Assembly: GCA_044892525.1 (NCBI GenBank)
Contig: CM097885.1
Coordinates: 45,448,001 to 45,512,000 of the forward strand
DNA: 64,000 bases
From: Schmidtea polychroa
Lineage: Eukaryota
Direction of reading: 5' to 3'
In this document: positions 1-13,730 of the stretch, one piece after another
Layout: each line of letters starts with the position of its first letter
How positions within the stretch are numbered: position 1 is the stretch's first letter
Made by a program: the position numbers and the translations under genes
The notes under the pieces: generated by a model
What the model was told of the DNA's origin: nothing
What the model saw: the letters and a program-made list of their open reading frames with translations, nothing else
Database searches by the model: none

Positions 1-1789
1 TATGACCATATATTTCTCGCAAAGATATATTACGTCCAATGATCATCTCACTAAATTAGAGAAGAATTGTTACCCTATAATATATATTTCTAACTAATAA
101 GCACCTTAATTGGTTAAATAATAACCATATTTTTATTATGACTCCTTTAAATATTTTGCCTCGAACAAATTTACTCCAAATGATAATTTCTACCAAAATT
201 ATCAATGAATATATTTTGTTATTAATGACTATGTATTTCTCACGAAGTTATAGAAATTATCAATGAAATTATTGTAAGAAATATTAGATGAATAAATTAC
301 CTATAAAATGCTAAATATTCATATTTTACTAAATTACCTTTTGCTAGATATTATTTCAAATGACCAGAAATGACAAAGTTAACCAATAAATTAGTTGCTC
401 GAAATATACTAAAGAATTCGGTAAAAGTTATTAAAAATATCCTGATTATACACGAATTTCTGATAAATTACCCAAATGAGCATCCATTTCTCACTAAATC
501 ACTTCAGAATTCTTACCATGTATTTCTAACTAATATACATGTGCTTTAATTTGCTTATTTTAATACACCCTTGCGACATGTTGAGTGTGAGCAGTACAAC
601 ATAGGGGGACAAAATATCTTGTCGGATAAACTCTGAATGTGTATAAGAACTTACAATATGCTACCAAAATGGTCTTTATTGATTAATTTGTTGTATAATA
701 GATGCATCGAAATACTGATCTTCACAAATTAACTAAAAATACTCAAAACAAGATTTTACTATATTACCTAAGAATTCAGTTACTTAAATATTCATAATTT
801 TACTAAATTATTGAAATTATTTATGTATTTCTATCAACTATATAAAAAATTTGTTATGAATCCTAAAATTAAATAACAATATTTCAATTAAATGGTACAG
901 CCAAAATAATGGATTTCTAACTAAATTGTCTATGAATTGGTAAATTTGTCTGGAAATAATTTACTTACCTAAGAAATTGCTATATATTTAAAATAACCAT
1001 GTACTTTCACTAAATGACCTAAAAATTAGCTGTTTCGTATTGTTAAATATTTTAAAATAATCAAAATAATAAAATAATAATTTGTCAGTGTATGAAAAAC
1101 TAATATAATTGTATGACTAATAAATTTGCAATACAAGTGCATAATTAACAAAGACACTAGAAATATTATCTTTGCATTTGTTGAAGATGATTATGTCAGT
1201 AATATCAGAGGAGAATCAATGGACAGAAGAAAAGCATCATTTTCATTATTATTTATTATGAATATTTCTTGAATTGTAAATTTCCATACATATAAATAAC
1301 ACTATTTTAAAAATTAATACAAAATAATAATATTAATAAAACAAAATTAATTAATAATAAATCTGTTTTAATCAAAAAAGTATTACAATAAAACAATAAA
1401 TTTATAAAAACAGATTAAAACATTTATTTACGAAACAATAAAAATATTGGTTAGGGTTTCTTCTGCTTTTCGAGCATCTTCATGGTTCTTTAGAAGATCT
1501 TTTAACGTTTCCCATTTTGATGAACCCATGTGTATATTTCTTTTTGAATAATCTAAAAATAATATTATATAGATTATTATAAATACCATACCATTCCTGA
1601 AATTCCGTTCATCATATCATCACCATTTGGTAGTTGCGTTCACGCCTAATGTATTTAAACTTTAATTACAATTACCAAGATGATTTCATATATCATATTA
1701 TTCGATGTTTAAAAGTTTTCTCCATAATAGCACTGTCATGACCATAATTCATTTGACTTTGATTTAATATTGATTTGTATTGAGAACTT

Positions 1790-2216
1790 ACATGTATATA
1801 GTATAATATTCATTAATCAGTGTTGAGCAGGCTTGATAATTGTGAACATTCTTCTCATGACACTTAGAACAAACAATCACATGACCGCACGGTAAAAACA
1901 AAACCGAAACTTGATTTTCTTTACAAATTGAACAAATTAAATACCTTTTCTTAACATCGTTAAGTTATTCTGTTAGCTTATTTTCAATCAAATCGGCTTT
2001 CGCTATTAATTCATAAATCAATCTACTTAAATACATGCAACTCCAAAAGTATTCATTCAGTGAATCGTTGTTTACCTCTATTTTGTCTAAATACATTAAA
2101 TAACTAGATAACTTCAAAATGCATTTATCATAATTAAATAAATCAATCAAATATTCAATAGAGAAATGTTTGAATATTTTTAAAATATTTATGATTAAGA
2201 TATTTATGATATTCAT
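1790..2216 (-). pseudogene. IAP/XIAP-type C3HC4 RING finger gene remnant
   Basis: ORF 1965..2216 continues in frame past one TAA: KLTE*LNDVKKRYLICSICKENQVSVLFLPCGHVIVCSKCHEKNVHNYQACST. This matches the IAP RING pattern CxxC...VFLPCGH...CxxC; the 7th ligand is Cys->Tyr. A gtaagt donor follows. Confidence 0.7.
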
Positions 2217-2730
2217 GATTATTTATAAAATCTTCAACTGTGTTGTTAAAAAATTTCAATGAACTCTTATCTTCGGAATAGATTGGACTTAATTTAATTT
2301 TTACCAAATTTTCATTATTTCTAGTAGGACTTCCTTGCTATAAATTACATATATAGAAAAAATTGATAAAATAATAAAGTTACCAAATACGTTTTTTGAT
2401 TTATACTGCCACAAACATATTCAACACTTTTATTTGTAAAAATCATCAGTAATAAATAAATAACTAAATTACTTTTGTTTTTACATTTATAACAATAGAA
2501 ATAGCCAATCGAATTTGCATTTTCAAAATGTGATAATAGAAATTGTAAACATGGTTGAATCTTCAAAGGTTTAAGTAACATATTGTAGAGCACAAACACC
2601 TCTATCCAAACAACACCAACAATTTGGTAATCTTTCTACATGTCTTTAATTTAAAATATTATTTTTGAATTTTGACCATCCATAAAAACCTTCAAAATGA
2701 CCCTTGTCTTACCCGTGCTTACCTTGGATT

Positions 2731-2935
<205 letters not shown>

Positions 2936-3074
2936 ATTGAAAATAAATAATAAGAATTTTGAAGAAAATAATCATGAAAATATTGAAAATTATGAAAAAA
3001 ACAAAAATAACCAATGAAAATTTTGAAAATCCTTAAAATGATGAGTAATATGTATTTGTTCCTGGCTCCTCATT

Positions 3075-3462
3075 GCAACCTACTAACGAGAAAATAGAAT
3101 TTGGATGGATGTATTACTAGAATTAATTATCAAATACAATAATAAAATTCATAGATCAATAGGTGTTACACCAAAAGAATCTAGTGACAATCCTGATTTA
3201 ATAAAGAAAATTACATGGGAAAATAATAATGCTAATAATAATTTACAAGAAAAACAAAAATATAAAATTGGAGACCGAGTTCGAATATTTAAATAGAAAA
3301 ATAAATTTGAAAAAGGTGCAACACATAAATGGAGTCGAGAAATTTTTATAATTTCAGAAACCAACAACACAAAACCAATAACCTATAGAATACAAGATAC
3401 AAGTGGTGAGGAAATTCTAGGTAGATTTTATCAAAAACCAACTACAAACAACTACATTCTAG
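3075..3462 (+). pseudogene. Maverick/Polinton (adintovirus-type) retroviral-like integrase, C-terminal part
   Basis: WMDVLLELIIKYNNKIHRSIGVTP...KYKIGDRVRIFK*KNKFEKGATHKWSREIFII...PITYRIQDTSGEEILGRFYQ matches the c-integrase C-terminal pattern (YNxxxHxSIxMxP, FKVGDxVRI, FxKGYxxNWxxEIF, GxFYxxELQ). One in-frame stop and a terminal frameshift. Confidence 0.88.
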
Positions 3463-3490
3463 TAATATTTAATTAAAAATTCTTTAAAAT

Positions 3491-3980
3491 TTGACAATCG
3501 CTCTGGACGAAAAAATAAGAAGAATAATATCATCAGGAAAACTAGAATCTGTTGAATACAATAATCAAAAAGTATACCTTGGGAAAAAGAAGATTGAAAG
3601 AATTAGAGAAGTAGACGCAAGGGAACAAGAATATTTTGGTAACATTCTTCCATTGGCAGCATTATTGCCATTAGTATTTGGGGGAATAGTTGCAGCTGTC
3701 AAAAATATAAAAGAAAGACAACTAGCTAAAGCTTCAAAATATTAAATTTTAGAGAAACAGGAACAACAAGGAAAAGGACTTTATTTTGATCTATATCAAG
3801 GTAAGGGTCTTTATTTAGATTCGTATCAAGGAAAGATTATTTGTGATTATTTAAAATCCATAGACAAGGATAAAAAAATTTAAGGAGCCTTAAAGATGCT
3901 AAAAGATGATCATCTTTATGCTCCAATCCAAGGTGATGGAATATTTCTTTCACCATACAAAATAGCACATATATTCTAAA
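3491..3980 (+). pseudogene. Maverick small virion/core-like protein remnant (LPLAALLPLVFGG plus GxGLYL repeats)
   Basis: ORF 3491..3745 has an ILPLAALLPLVFGGI segment. Downstream DNA encodes GKGLYFDLYQGKGLYLDSYQG (3770-3835) and GDGIFLSPYK (~3932-3961). I recall these motifs from small ORFs beside Maverick integrases. Interrupted by stops. Confidence 0.6.
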
Positions 3981-4419
3981 TTAAAGAATATGATTGGTTT
4001 AACATACAAGAAAAATTAATCGGCCCTCCCCTAGTGAGGTTGGTTGTAAAAATTTACAAACTACCGCGTCTGCCCCTTTGGGCGGCGGCGGGCGTGCGGG
4101 TGGGTGTGAGTTTAGGTTGATTATATTAATCTTTATATTTGAATAACTTGGACTCGCATGTTTTGTGTTTGATCTTAAAAATTAGACTTTAGTTTTTTGG
4201 ACTTTTTTTAAAATTTTGATTTGTGAAATTTTGGGAAATTTGTTTTTGGAATTTTGTTTTAATTTGGGAAAAATAATTTTGGGAAAATTTTGAGTTGGGA
4301 AACTTATTTTGGGGATTTTTGAGTTGGAAATATTTTGTAAATATCCTATGTAATTTTTTCTAGTAATTTGTTGATTTTTTCAAAGTATTTTTATATAAAA
4401 ATTTCTAAGTGGTGTGACC

Positions 4420-5035
4420 CAGAGCCGTAGCTAAGGGGTAGCGAATGAGGCGACCACCCCGGGCGCCGAGTTGAAGGGCACCAAAACTGTGAAATGATCA
4501 TTAAAATTTTTGTTGGTTTTCTTTCTTTTTTTCATATTAAATTTTTATATTTTGCTTTCCATGTTTACTGTTTTCAAAAGTTAAACTAAAACAAAACAGT
4601 TTTGCTGGTCTATCTAAAGGTTTTTGCAAACGGGCGACTAAATCCGAAGATGGCTGATCGTGAAAACAGTTTTGAGCATAGAAAATGCTACTTAGTCTAG
4701 AAAAATCTTGAAAATCGTTTGAAAGAAGGAAGGACAATTGATGATTGATAGCTCTACGCCAATGAATCTCTTACAATTAATTCATTCATATTCTTAAGTT
4801 AAAAGTCTATCCAAACATTTCATATTTTTAAAAGATTTTTCTAAGAATTTTATTAAAGCTTTTTTGTTCATTGTCCCACCGTGTGTTGAAGAATATGATT
4901 TTATTTCTATAATATAAGATTTTCTATGTTTTCTATAAGATTTTCTAATATACGAATGATGTTTTATTATGGCATTTGATGATGAAGTAGATTCTCTGAG
5001 ATTCACTCTCTCGTCGTGTGTACGATTTTAATTCT
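4420..5035 (+). mobile_element. Degenerate hAT (Tip100-like) element fragment
   Basis: Begins with a CAGAGCCGTAGCTAAGGGG hAT-type terminus. Downstream broken frames read STPMNLLQLIHSYS and VYPNISYF, resembling the hAT C-terminal dimerisation region. Confidence 0.5.
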
Positions 5036-5199
5036 ATAATATAAGACTGGTGTCATCATCATAATATATAAAAGTTGTTAAATTATGGAGTAAATTTAGA
5101 GACTTTGGAGCTCATTTCCATGGAAACTATTCATTTTGTATGTATAGACTATATATTTTCTTGTCCGTTATAAAATTCCGAGTTGACTTGGAAAATCTT

Positions 5200-5612
5200 C
5201 AGGGGAGGGGGTAGTGGTGTGAATGGGACATGGTGTGGAAGGAATATATCCATCTACTAACTCTCAAAAATATTGAGATTTGCTAGAAAATAAGTGGAAG
5301 CTGAAATAGGAAAAGTTGGTTTCAATGGTCGAGCAGTTTTCCAACAACATTCGGCTCCATGTCAAATGTCAAAGGTCATGATGAAATATTTTTAGTACAC
5401 AAATAATATTATACTTTGAATGGCTAGGGATCTCACCCGAGCTAAATCCTATTAAAAATCTATGAGCTGTTATGAAAATTAGACTTCATAAAATGGATGA
5501 TACAACAAAAATAAAACTAATTGAAGCTATATTCCAGATATGGTTTCGAGACCAACAAACATCAAAAAACTGTAAAAAAACTTGTTGACTCAATGCTAGA
5601 ACGTGTTTTAAT
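5200..5612 (+). mobile_element. Tc1/mariner transposase C-terminal remnant
   Basis: Broken frames read AVFQQHSAPCQ...EWLGISPELNPIKNL*AVMKIRL...LIEAIFQIWF...LVDSMLERV, matching Tc1 FQQDxAPCH...WPxNSPDLNPIENLW. Confidence 0.85.
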
Positions 5613-6233
5613 GTTTTTCTTTTTTTTCGTTGTCTGTAATCAATAAATGATTTCTTTAATTTATCACTTGTGTTTACATTAATTCGAACAATATGAATCC
5701 ATTAAAGATAAAAAGCTTGATGTTCTTTTGATGAAAGATAACTTAAAGGCAGAATAGTCTTTAAAAAGAATTTGTAAAACTGTTTTCCTGAATTTTATCT
5801 TTTTAATTTCCTTCTTCTTGAATTAAATAATCGCAATCCTAAATATAAAAAAAATTATATTTTTATTCGTTGATTTTAAAAACCGAAAAATATTTTATTT
5901 TAATTATTAATATAAATTATATTTTTGTTTGCATTTTTAGTTAAAATTAATTTGTTTAATTTAATTTATATTCACAGAAAATTTTATTTCAATTTCTTCA
6001 TTACAACTGATTATCCATTTTTACTAGAAATTTGTTCAGTTAATTATATGTTTATATAATTGCTAACTATTCAAAAAATATTTTAAAAAAGGGGAAAATA
6101 ACAGATATTTAAAAAATATTTTTGATTGCATCACATTATCATTAATACTTTGGTTTGAAATTAAGAAACGCATGAATGAACTTTTACCTATTAGTTTGAA
6201 TATTATAAATAAAATTTGATATTTTTATATACT

Positions 6234-6533
6234 AAAATTCACTTGGAAAAGGCAGTGCCGAAAATTCGTGAATATCAAAAACATCAATATATTTACTGGT
6301 TTATAGTCTTCAAGCTCATTTTACTAAATTCAATGGGAAAAAATCAGTGGTGAAATTGGAAAAGAAAGTTCTTATAATACTATATATATTAATAAACTTT
6401 TATTGTAAATTTCATCACTTAATTCTTTTCGATAATCATTTTATTTATTAAAAAGCTTGACTATGAATCAGTAAATATATCGATGTTTTTGATATTCACA
6501 AATTTTCGGCGCTGCCTTTTTTAAGTGATTTTT
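6234..6533. repeat. MITE/foldback-like inverted repeat, ~75-bp arms
   Basis: 6234-6308 (cacttggaaaaggcagtgccgaaaattcgtgaatatcaaaaacatc...atagtc) is the near reverse complement of 6460-6533. Confidence 0.8.
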
Positions 6534-6797
6534 CAAGTTTCCATAAAATTGCATTCCTTGATTATAAAAATTATTTTTATTATTATCAAATTATATTTTT
6601 TAAAGATCATAATTATAAAAGTTAAATTTAATATTAAAAGATCAAATATATTTTTTATAAAAATAAAAAAAATGTTTTTTACCTTATCATACTTTAAAAG
6701 TCAAAACTAATTTTTAAAAGATTTAAAATAAATGTTAAAATATTGGATAACAATTTTTAAAAGATCATTTCTATAAGCATATCAGTTTTCAACAACC

Positions 6798-7190
6798 TCA
6801 TCTGTTTCTGTTGATAATATTTTCAGCATCCTGAAGTGCTTTTATAAATGTTTTTGTTCCCAAATTGTTAATCAAATCAGGTTTGGTCATACCAATACCA
6901 GTATCGACAATAGTTAAAGTTCCTGCATCTCTATCGGGAATAATTGTTATCATTAAATTCTTTGCAGTGTCGAGGACTAATGGATCTGCTAAGCTTTTGT
7001 ATATAATTTTGTCTAATGCATCGCCAGAATTTGAATTTAATTCACACACAAGTATTTCTTTGTTGGAATAGAAAGTATTGATAATAAGGCTCAATAGTTT
7101 AGCGATTTCTGCTTGAAATGCAAATGTCTTAGATTCATTGTTTCTATTAAATTTATTGCAAATATTAAAAATAAATCGGAACATAACCAT
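6798..7190 (-). pseudogene. HSP90: Truncated cytosolic HSP90 N-terminal ATPase-domain fragment
   Basis: [25 protein letters not shown]...[22 protein letters not shown]. The IAKSGT lid segment is deleted, FLRELISN is decayed to LVCELNSN, and the ORF stops after ~130 aa. Confidence 0.93.
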
Positions 7191-9469
7191 TATATTATTC
7201 TAAAACATTTCAGAAAACGAATAGTAATTCCAAAAAAATCAATAATTCACAACTTCAATGTTGAGGCAAAGAAAAGAATACCCAGACATGCGTGAAGAAC
7301 TAAAAGTGATATCAAAATTCGAGCACACAGGTGTGAATTCAAACGGCAAAATTTCGCGAACACAGACGCGACCAAACTAAAATAAAAAGACACGCACAAT
7401 CGACCCAAACATCATCTATAAACCTCTTCTAATCATTAACTTAAAAAATAGGTTGTATTTGACTAAATAATTTTTCAATAATTTTCTAAGAATATTTACA
7501 CATTGATGCACTTTAAAAAACATAAGCTAAGAAACCAGTTAACTTTATCAATGACTTTAAATATACTTGATAATTATTGTAGGATATACAGAAATTTAGT
7601 TTGCTGTTATTGCTTGAAAATGATTGGTTGAATCGATGAAGAATTATAATCAATCAATATATATCATCTCCAGTTAGGTATTTTATGGTAAATATTTGTA
7701 GAAATTTTAGTGAATTTTGATCTTTTAGTGGGCTCTTATTATTTAGCTTCTAAATTATTTCAATGGAAGAATATTTGGTGTCTATAACAAATAATTAAAA
7801 GTTTGAAAGTTCCTTAAGGATTTTAAGAGGATTGACTGAATTAAAGGAGGATTCAAGTGGGTAGAATTGAAGGATATATTTGGTTAGATGTTTAAAAAGG
7901 TAGAAATATTTGCTGAGAGATCGGATAAGATGGGATATTATCGATTAGATTTAATGAGAGATGGGTTTAGATGGGAATATATGTTTTTATGGGGGATATA
8001 GTCGGTTAAATTTAATGAGAGATGGGTTTAGATGGGAATATATCATTGTAAGGGAGATATAGTCGATTTAATTTAATATAGGATGGGTTAAGATGGGAAT
8101 ATATGATTTTTTAAGGATGATGTTTGTAAAATATCAATGTTTTGAGGGAAATGTCAATACATTAGTCAGTTTTGAATCAATAATAATGTGAAATTATATC
8201 GTTTTATTAGGTTGTGATTAATGCACAGTAAATTAATTTAGAACAATGTTTTATTAAGTAGGGATAATGATCGATTTACTTGGTTTTGATAATGAAATCT
8301 TTACAGATAATTGGGATTGATATCAACTTTAAATTATTTTTATCTTTATTTAGGTGGACAACGACAAAAGTTGACCATTTGAAGAAATATATTTTATTGA
8401 ATGGATAAATTTAATCTTTCAATGGGTTATATTTATTTTAAATTTCGAGTACAGTGATTTACAAAAATTTACAGTGATTAACAAAAATTTTATTATAAAC
8501 GGTTTTATCATTAGATTTTATAAATTATTTAGGGTTAATGACCAAATTATTTTACATGTTTTATAGTGAAATATTCGTGATAATATGAATTAAAGTTAGA
8601 ATTATAGTCATTTAAAGGGATTTTAAGGAATCTTATTAGTCTGAGGGAAATATATATCCTTTTAAGTGTAATTATCGATAAAATACTAATCTTTAAAGTT
8701 GGAGTTATTTCAGGGAAATTTGATGCTTTTTAGATGATTTTAGTGAAATATTTGTAATAATATGAATTAATGGTTGAAATATAGTCATTTAAGGGATTTT
8801 AATGAATCTTATTAGTCTGAGGGGAATATATGATCTTTAACAATTATTTATCATTAAAATACCAATCTTTAAATATTGATATATTTGGGGAGAAAATGAT
8901 TCTTTTTAGATGATTTTATTAGAGAATTCACTTGGATATACCAATTATTGTCATTTAAATGAATTTACTGGTTTATTAGATGTTATCATTAACTAACTAG
9001 TCTCTTTTGGAATTTAATGATAATTATTTTTATTGTAGATTGATGACATTGATAATTGTAATGAATTTCTACTGAATTCTTTGAATATTTTGAGCATTCA
9101 GTCAATCATTTTGAGTACATGTATTACTTTTAAAAAAAATAATTAAAATTAATTTTATTTAAATTAATTTATTCAATCTAAATCAATTATCTACTAGATC
9201 TTATCTTATTAATTTATTAACTTAGTTGATTCAACTTGAATGATCAGTATTTTTTTTAATTTACTGGATGATTAATGATTAGAATTTTTTCTTGTCCATT
9301 AATTAAATTTTTATGATATTTATTTTGAATAATTTAAATTTTTAAAATTATTTAATCAATTTTTATCAAGTTATTGATGTCTTGAGTTCAAATATCTTAA
9401 AAGTGCCTTGAGTTCAATTAATTTTTCATCCAATTTTTCAAGTGATGAGTATTTTCTTTTAAAGATCGA

Positions 9470-10491
9470 TTTGTTAGTACATAGTTGTTGGTTGATATTT
9501 GTTAATTTCTCGATGGGTTTTGATGGTGGTTGTTAGTACATGGTTGTAAGTGTTTAGTATTTGGTTATTTGAGACATAATTGTTAGTACATGGTAGCTAA
9601 TTAATGAGTAGGTGGGGGGGTTGAGTGTTACCAATATTGCAAGTGAAGAGGATTTTCTTTTAAAGATCTATTTGTTAGTACTTGATTGTTTTTACTTGGT
9701 TGTTAATAGATATTCGTAAGTTACTGGTTGATGATACTATGTTGTTGGTATCTTGTATTTGGTAGTTGGTACAGTGTTGTTTACTGATTGTTGTTATATA
9801 ATTGTAGGTTGATAATGCTTAGTACCTGGTTGATGGTGGTTGTTAGTACATGGTATCTAGTTGTTAGCTGGTTGTTAGTACTGAGTAGCTAGTTAATGGG
9901 TAAGTGGGGGTTGAGTGTTACCAATACCCTTACGACTAGTACCTTTACGACTAATACCCTTACGACCAGTACCCTTACGACCTGTACCCTTAGGGAGTCA
10001 AAACATCCTGTCGGATAAACTCAGAGTATATATAATAAAACTGATCAACAATAAGTATTTATTGAATGCGATTTTTACTTTGCAATAATAAGTCAGTAGT
10101 TATCATTTAAAAGAAGAATGTTTTGTAAATTAGAATTCATTTGTCTTTCATTGTAATTTAAATTATTTTGAATTCCACGTGGTGTTTTTAAAGTGGTTGA
10201 GTTATGGTTTTTTTGATGAAAATCAACATTTTTGTTAAATTTAGAAATTTTGAAAAGATTTTGCTACTGATTGTATTTAAAATTATTATAGAAGTTGTAT
10301 AAAAAAAATAATTTAAATAAAACCTTTCATAAAATACAATAAAGAATATTTAGTTGATTGTGAGTAGTTAGTTGTAAGTATCTGGTTGTTTGAGAGTTAG
10401 TTAGTACGTGGTATCATGTTGTAAGTATTTGGTACTAATTTGTTAGCAACTAGTTAAAAATATATAGTAACCGATTGTTGGTAACTGTTTA

Positions 10492-10588
<97 letters not shown>

Positions 10589-11760
10589 CATTAAAATTTC
10601 CATTTAAATTTTCATTATAAATTACATTTCTCAAAAAAGTTGGTGGTTATTCAATCTTTTGATAATAAATTTAAATATTTTAGTTTAATTTACTTATTAC
10701 ATTACTTATTTAAAAATTATTACTTTAATTTACTCATTTATCTTTAATTTAAAATTTAAACCATTGTTTTCTTTAATTTAAAATTTTGAACCTTGATTTA
10801 CTTATTTTAAATTTTTTACTTTAATTTACTTATCCTTAATTTACCTATTTATCCTTTATTACTTAATTTTACACCATAATTTACTAAACAACTAATTATA
10901 ACCTTTATTTTCATATTTAACTAATAATTTCATGTGGTCATTGATTAATTGACGGAGATTTGCATCTAAAATTAACATTGGAAATCCCAGAAAAAATTCA
11001 TCCTAAATTGACTTTAACTTTATTTTTTTAGACCATTGATTACTTAATTTAAAAATTAAACATTATTTTACCTATTTAACCAATAATTTCATGTGGTCAT
11101 CTGGTTGTAAGTACTTGGTATCTAGTTGACAGTGCTTAGTACTAGGTAAGTTACTTGGTTGTTAGTACTTGGTTGATAATGCTTAGTACCTGGTTGTTGT
11201 CGGTTGTGAGTAGTTGGTATCAGGTAACTGGTTGTTAGTAACTAGTTGTAGGTATCTGGTTGTAAATACATGTTCGTATGTTACTGGTAGTTAGCTGGTT
11301 GTTTTTGGTTGTTAGTACTTGGTACCTAGTTGGTTGCTTGTTTTTGGTTGTTAGTACATAGTTCTAGGTTGTAAGTACTTAGTATCAGGTAACTAGTTGT
11401 TAGTAACTAGTTGTAGGTACTTGGTATCTGGTAATTGGTTGTAAGTATCTGGTTGTTTGAGAGTTAGTTAGTACGTGGTATCTAGTTGTAAGTACTTGGT
11501 AGTTGGTATCTGATTGTTGGCTGTTAGTACTTGGTAGTTGGTTGTAGTTACTTAATAGTTGGTTGATAATGCTTAGTACCTGGTTGTTAGTTGTTGGTAT
11601 CTTGTACTTGGTAGGTGGTAGCTAGTTGGTTGATGTTGGTTGTATGTACTTGGTAGGTGGTAGTTAGTTGTTAGCTGTGGTTGGTTGTTAGTAACTAGTT
11701 TTAGGTATCTGGTTGTTAATACATGTTCGTAAGTTACTGGTTGTTGGTACTAAGTTGTTG
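9470..11760. repeat. Degenerate GT-rich satellite (ttgttagtacttggt-like units) interleaved with AT-rich tracts
   Basis: Many imperfect copies of tgttagtac(a/t)tggt at ~9470-9920, ~10360-10490 and ~11100-11760. Confidence 0.8.
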
Positions 11761-12269
11761 GTTTGTTGTTGAATTATTATTAAAATTTGTCTTTGAAAAA
11801 TATTTCACAAAAATTTTCATTAAAAATTATCTTAAAAAATTATTTCATAAAAATTTCCTTTAAAAATTACCATTGAAAAATATTTCATAAAAATTTCTAT
11901 TAAAAAATTTCAATTCTCAAACACCTTCTATTATTTCAACTTTTTGTTAATAAATTTTAAAATCTTACTTTAATTTACTTTAATTTACTTATTTAAAAAA
12001 TTATTACTTTAATTTACTTATTTAACTTTAATTTTAATTTTTTATTTTGATTACTTAATTTTAAAATTTGGACCATTATTTACTTTAATTGAAAAATCTA
12101 AGCCCATTAATTACTTTAATTCGAAAATATGAACCTTAATTTACATATTAGACCTTAATTTACTTTAATTTTAAAATTTGGACCATCATTTACTTTAATT
12201 TAAAAATCTTAGCCCATTATTTACTGTAATCCAATTTTTAGACCCATAATTGGCTTTATTTGAAAAATT

Positions 12270-13730
12270 TACCACGTTTTTTTTAGTGTAGACCAGCTTT
12301 TTGTATTGAAAATATCCTAAGACCTTAAATTACCATGCTTTTTTATTGAGACCGCCTTTTTGTATTGGAAAAAAATTTTTTGTATTGAAAATCCCAGGAC
12401 CATCGAGACCCCCTCGTTATAGTTTAAATAATCCTTGGCTTTTTTAGTGGTAGTCGGATTTTTGTATTGAAAAATATTTTTTTGTATTGAAAATCCCAGG
12501 ACCATCGAGACCCCCTCACTATAGTGTGAAAAATCCATGTTTTTTTAGTGTAGACCACCTTTTTCTATTGAAAAAAATTTTTTTGTATTGAAAATCCCAG
12601 GACCATCGAGACCCCCTCACTATAGTGTGAATAATCCTTGGCTTTTTTAGTGTAGACCACCTTTTTCTATTGAAATTCTCAGGACCAAGAAGACCCACCT
12701 GAATTGGCCTAGAAAAATCCATGCTTTTTTATTGAAGACCGCCTTTTTCTATTGAAAATTTTTTTTTTGTATTGAAAATCCCAGGACCATTGAGACCCCC
12801 TCACTATAGTCTGAATAATCCTTGGCTTTTTCTATTGAAAAATTTTTTTTTGTATTGAAAATCCCAGGACCATTGAGACCCCTTCACTATAGTGTGAAAA
12901 ATCCTTGACTTTTTTAGTGTAGACCACCTTTTTGTATTGAAAATTTTTTTTTGTATTGAAAATCCCAGGACCATCGAGGCCCACCTGAATTGACCTAGAA
13001 AAATCCATGCTTTTTTAGTGATGATCGGATTTTTGTATTGAAAATATCCTGAGACCTTAAATTACCACTGTTTTTAGTGTAGACCACCTTTTTGTATTGT
13101 AAATTCTAGGACCATGGAGACCCTCTCACTATAGTCTGAATAATCCTTGGCTTTTTTATTGATAGTCGGATTTTTGTATTGAAAATCCCAGGACCATCGA
13201 GACCCTGTCACTATAGTTTGAATAATCCTTGGCTTTTTCTATTGAAAATATTTTTTGTATACAAAATCCTAGGACCATGGAGACCCCCTCACTATAGTGT
13301 GAAAAATCCATGCTTTTTTAGTGTAGACCACCTTTTCTATTGAAAAATTTTTTTTTGTATTGAAAATCCCAGGACCATTGAGAACCCCTCACTATAGTGT
13401 GAAAAATCCTTGACTTTTTTAGTGTAGACCACCTTTTTGTATTGAAAAATTTTTTTTTGTATTGAAAATCCCAGGACCATCGAGGCCCACCTGATCTGAC
13501 CTAGAAAAATCCATGCTTTTTTAGTGATGATCGGATTTTTGTATTGAAAATATCCTGAAACCTTAAATTACCACTGTTTTTAGTGTAGACCACCTTTTTG
13601 TATTGTAAATTCTAGGACCATGGAGACCCTCTCACTATAGTCTGAATAATCCTTGGCTTTTTTATTGATAGTCGGATTTTTGTATTGAAAATCCCAGGAC
13701 CATCGAGACCCCCTCACTATAGTCTGATAA
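12270..13730. repeat. Subterminal complex tandem array with higher-order structure
   Basis: About a dozen copies of gtattgaaaatcccaggaccatcgagaccccctcactatagt, mixed with tttttagtgtagaccaccttttt sub-units. A ~490-bp block (~12740-13225) recurs at ~13230-13725. Confidence 0.92.

Noticed and set aside
12514..12524. ctcactatag resembling the T7 promoter 3' half
   Set aside because: It lacks TAATACGA and is simply part of the satellite unit.
12270..13730. CRISPR-like repeat/spacer appearance
   Set aside because: The intervening segments are themselves repeated, there are no cas genes and the context is eukaryotic; it is a higher-order satellite.
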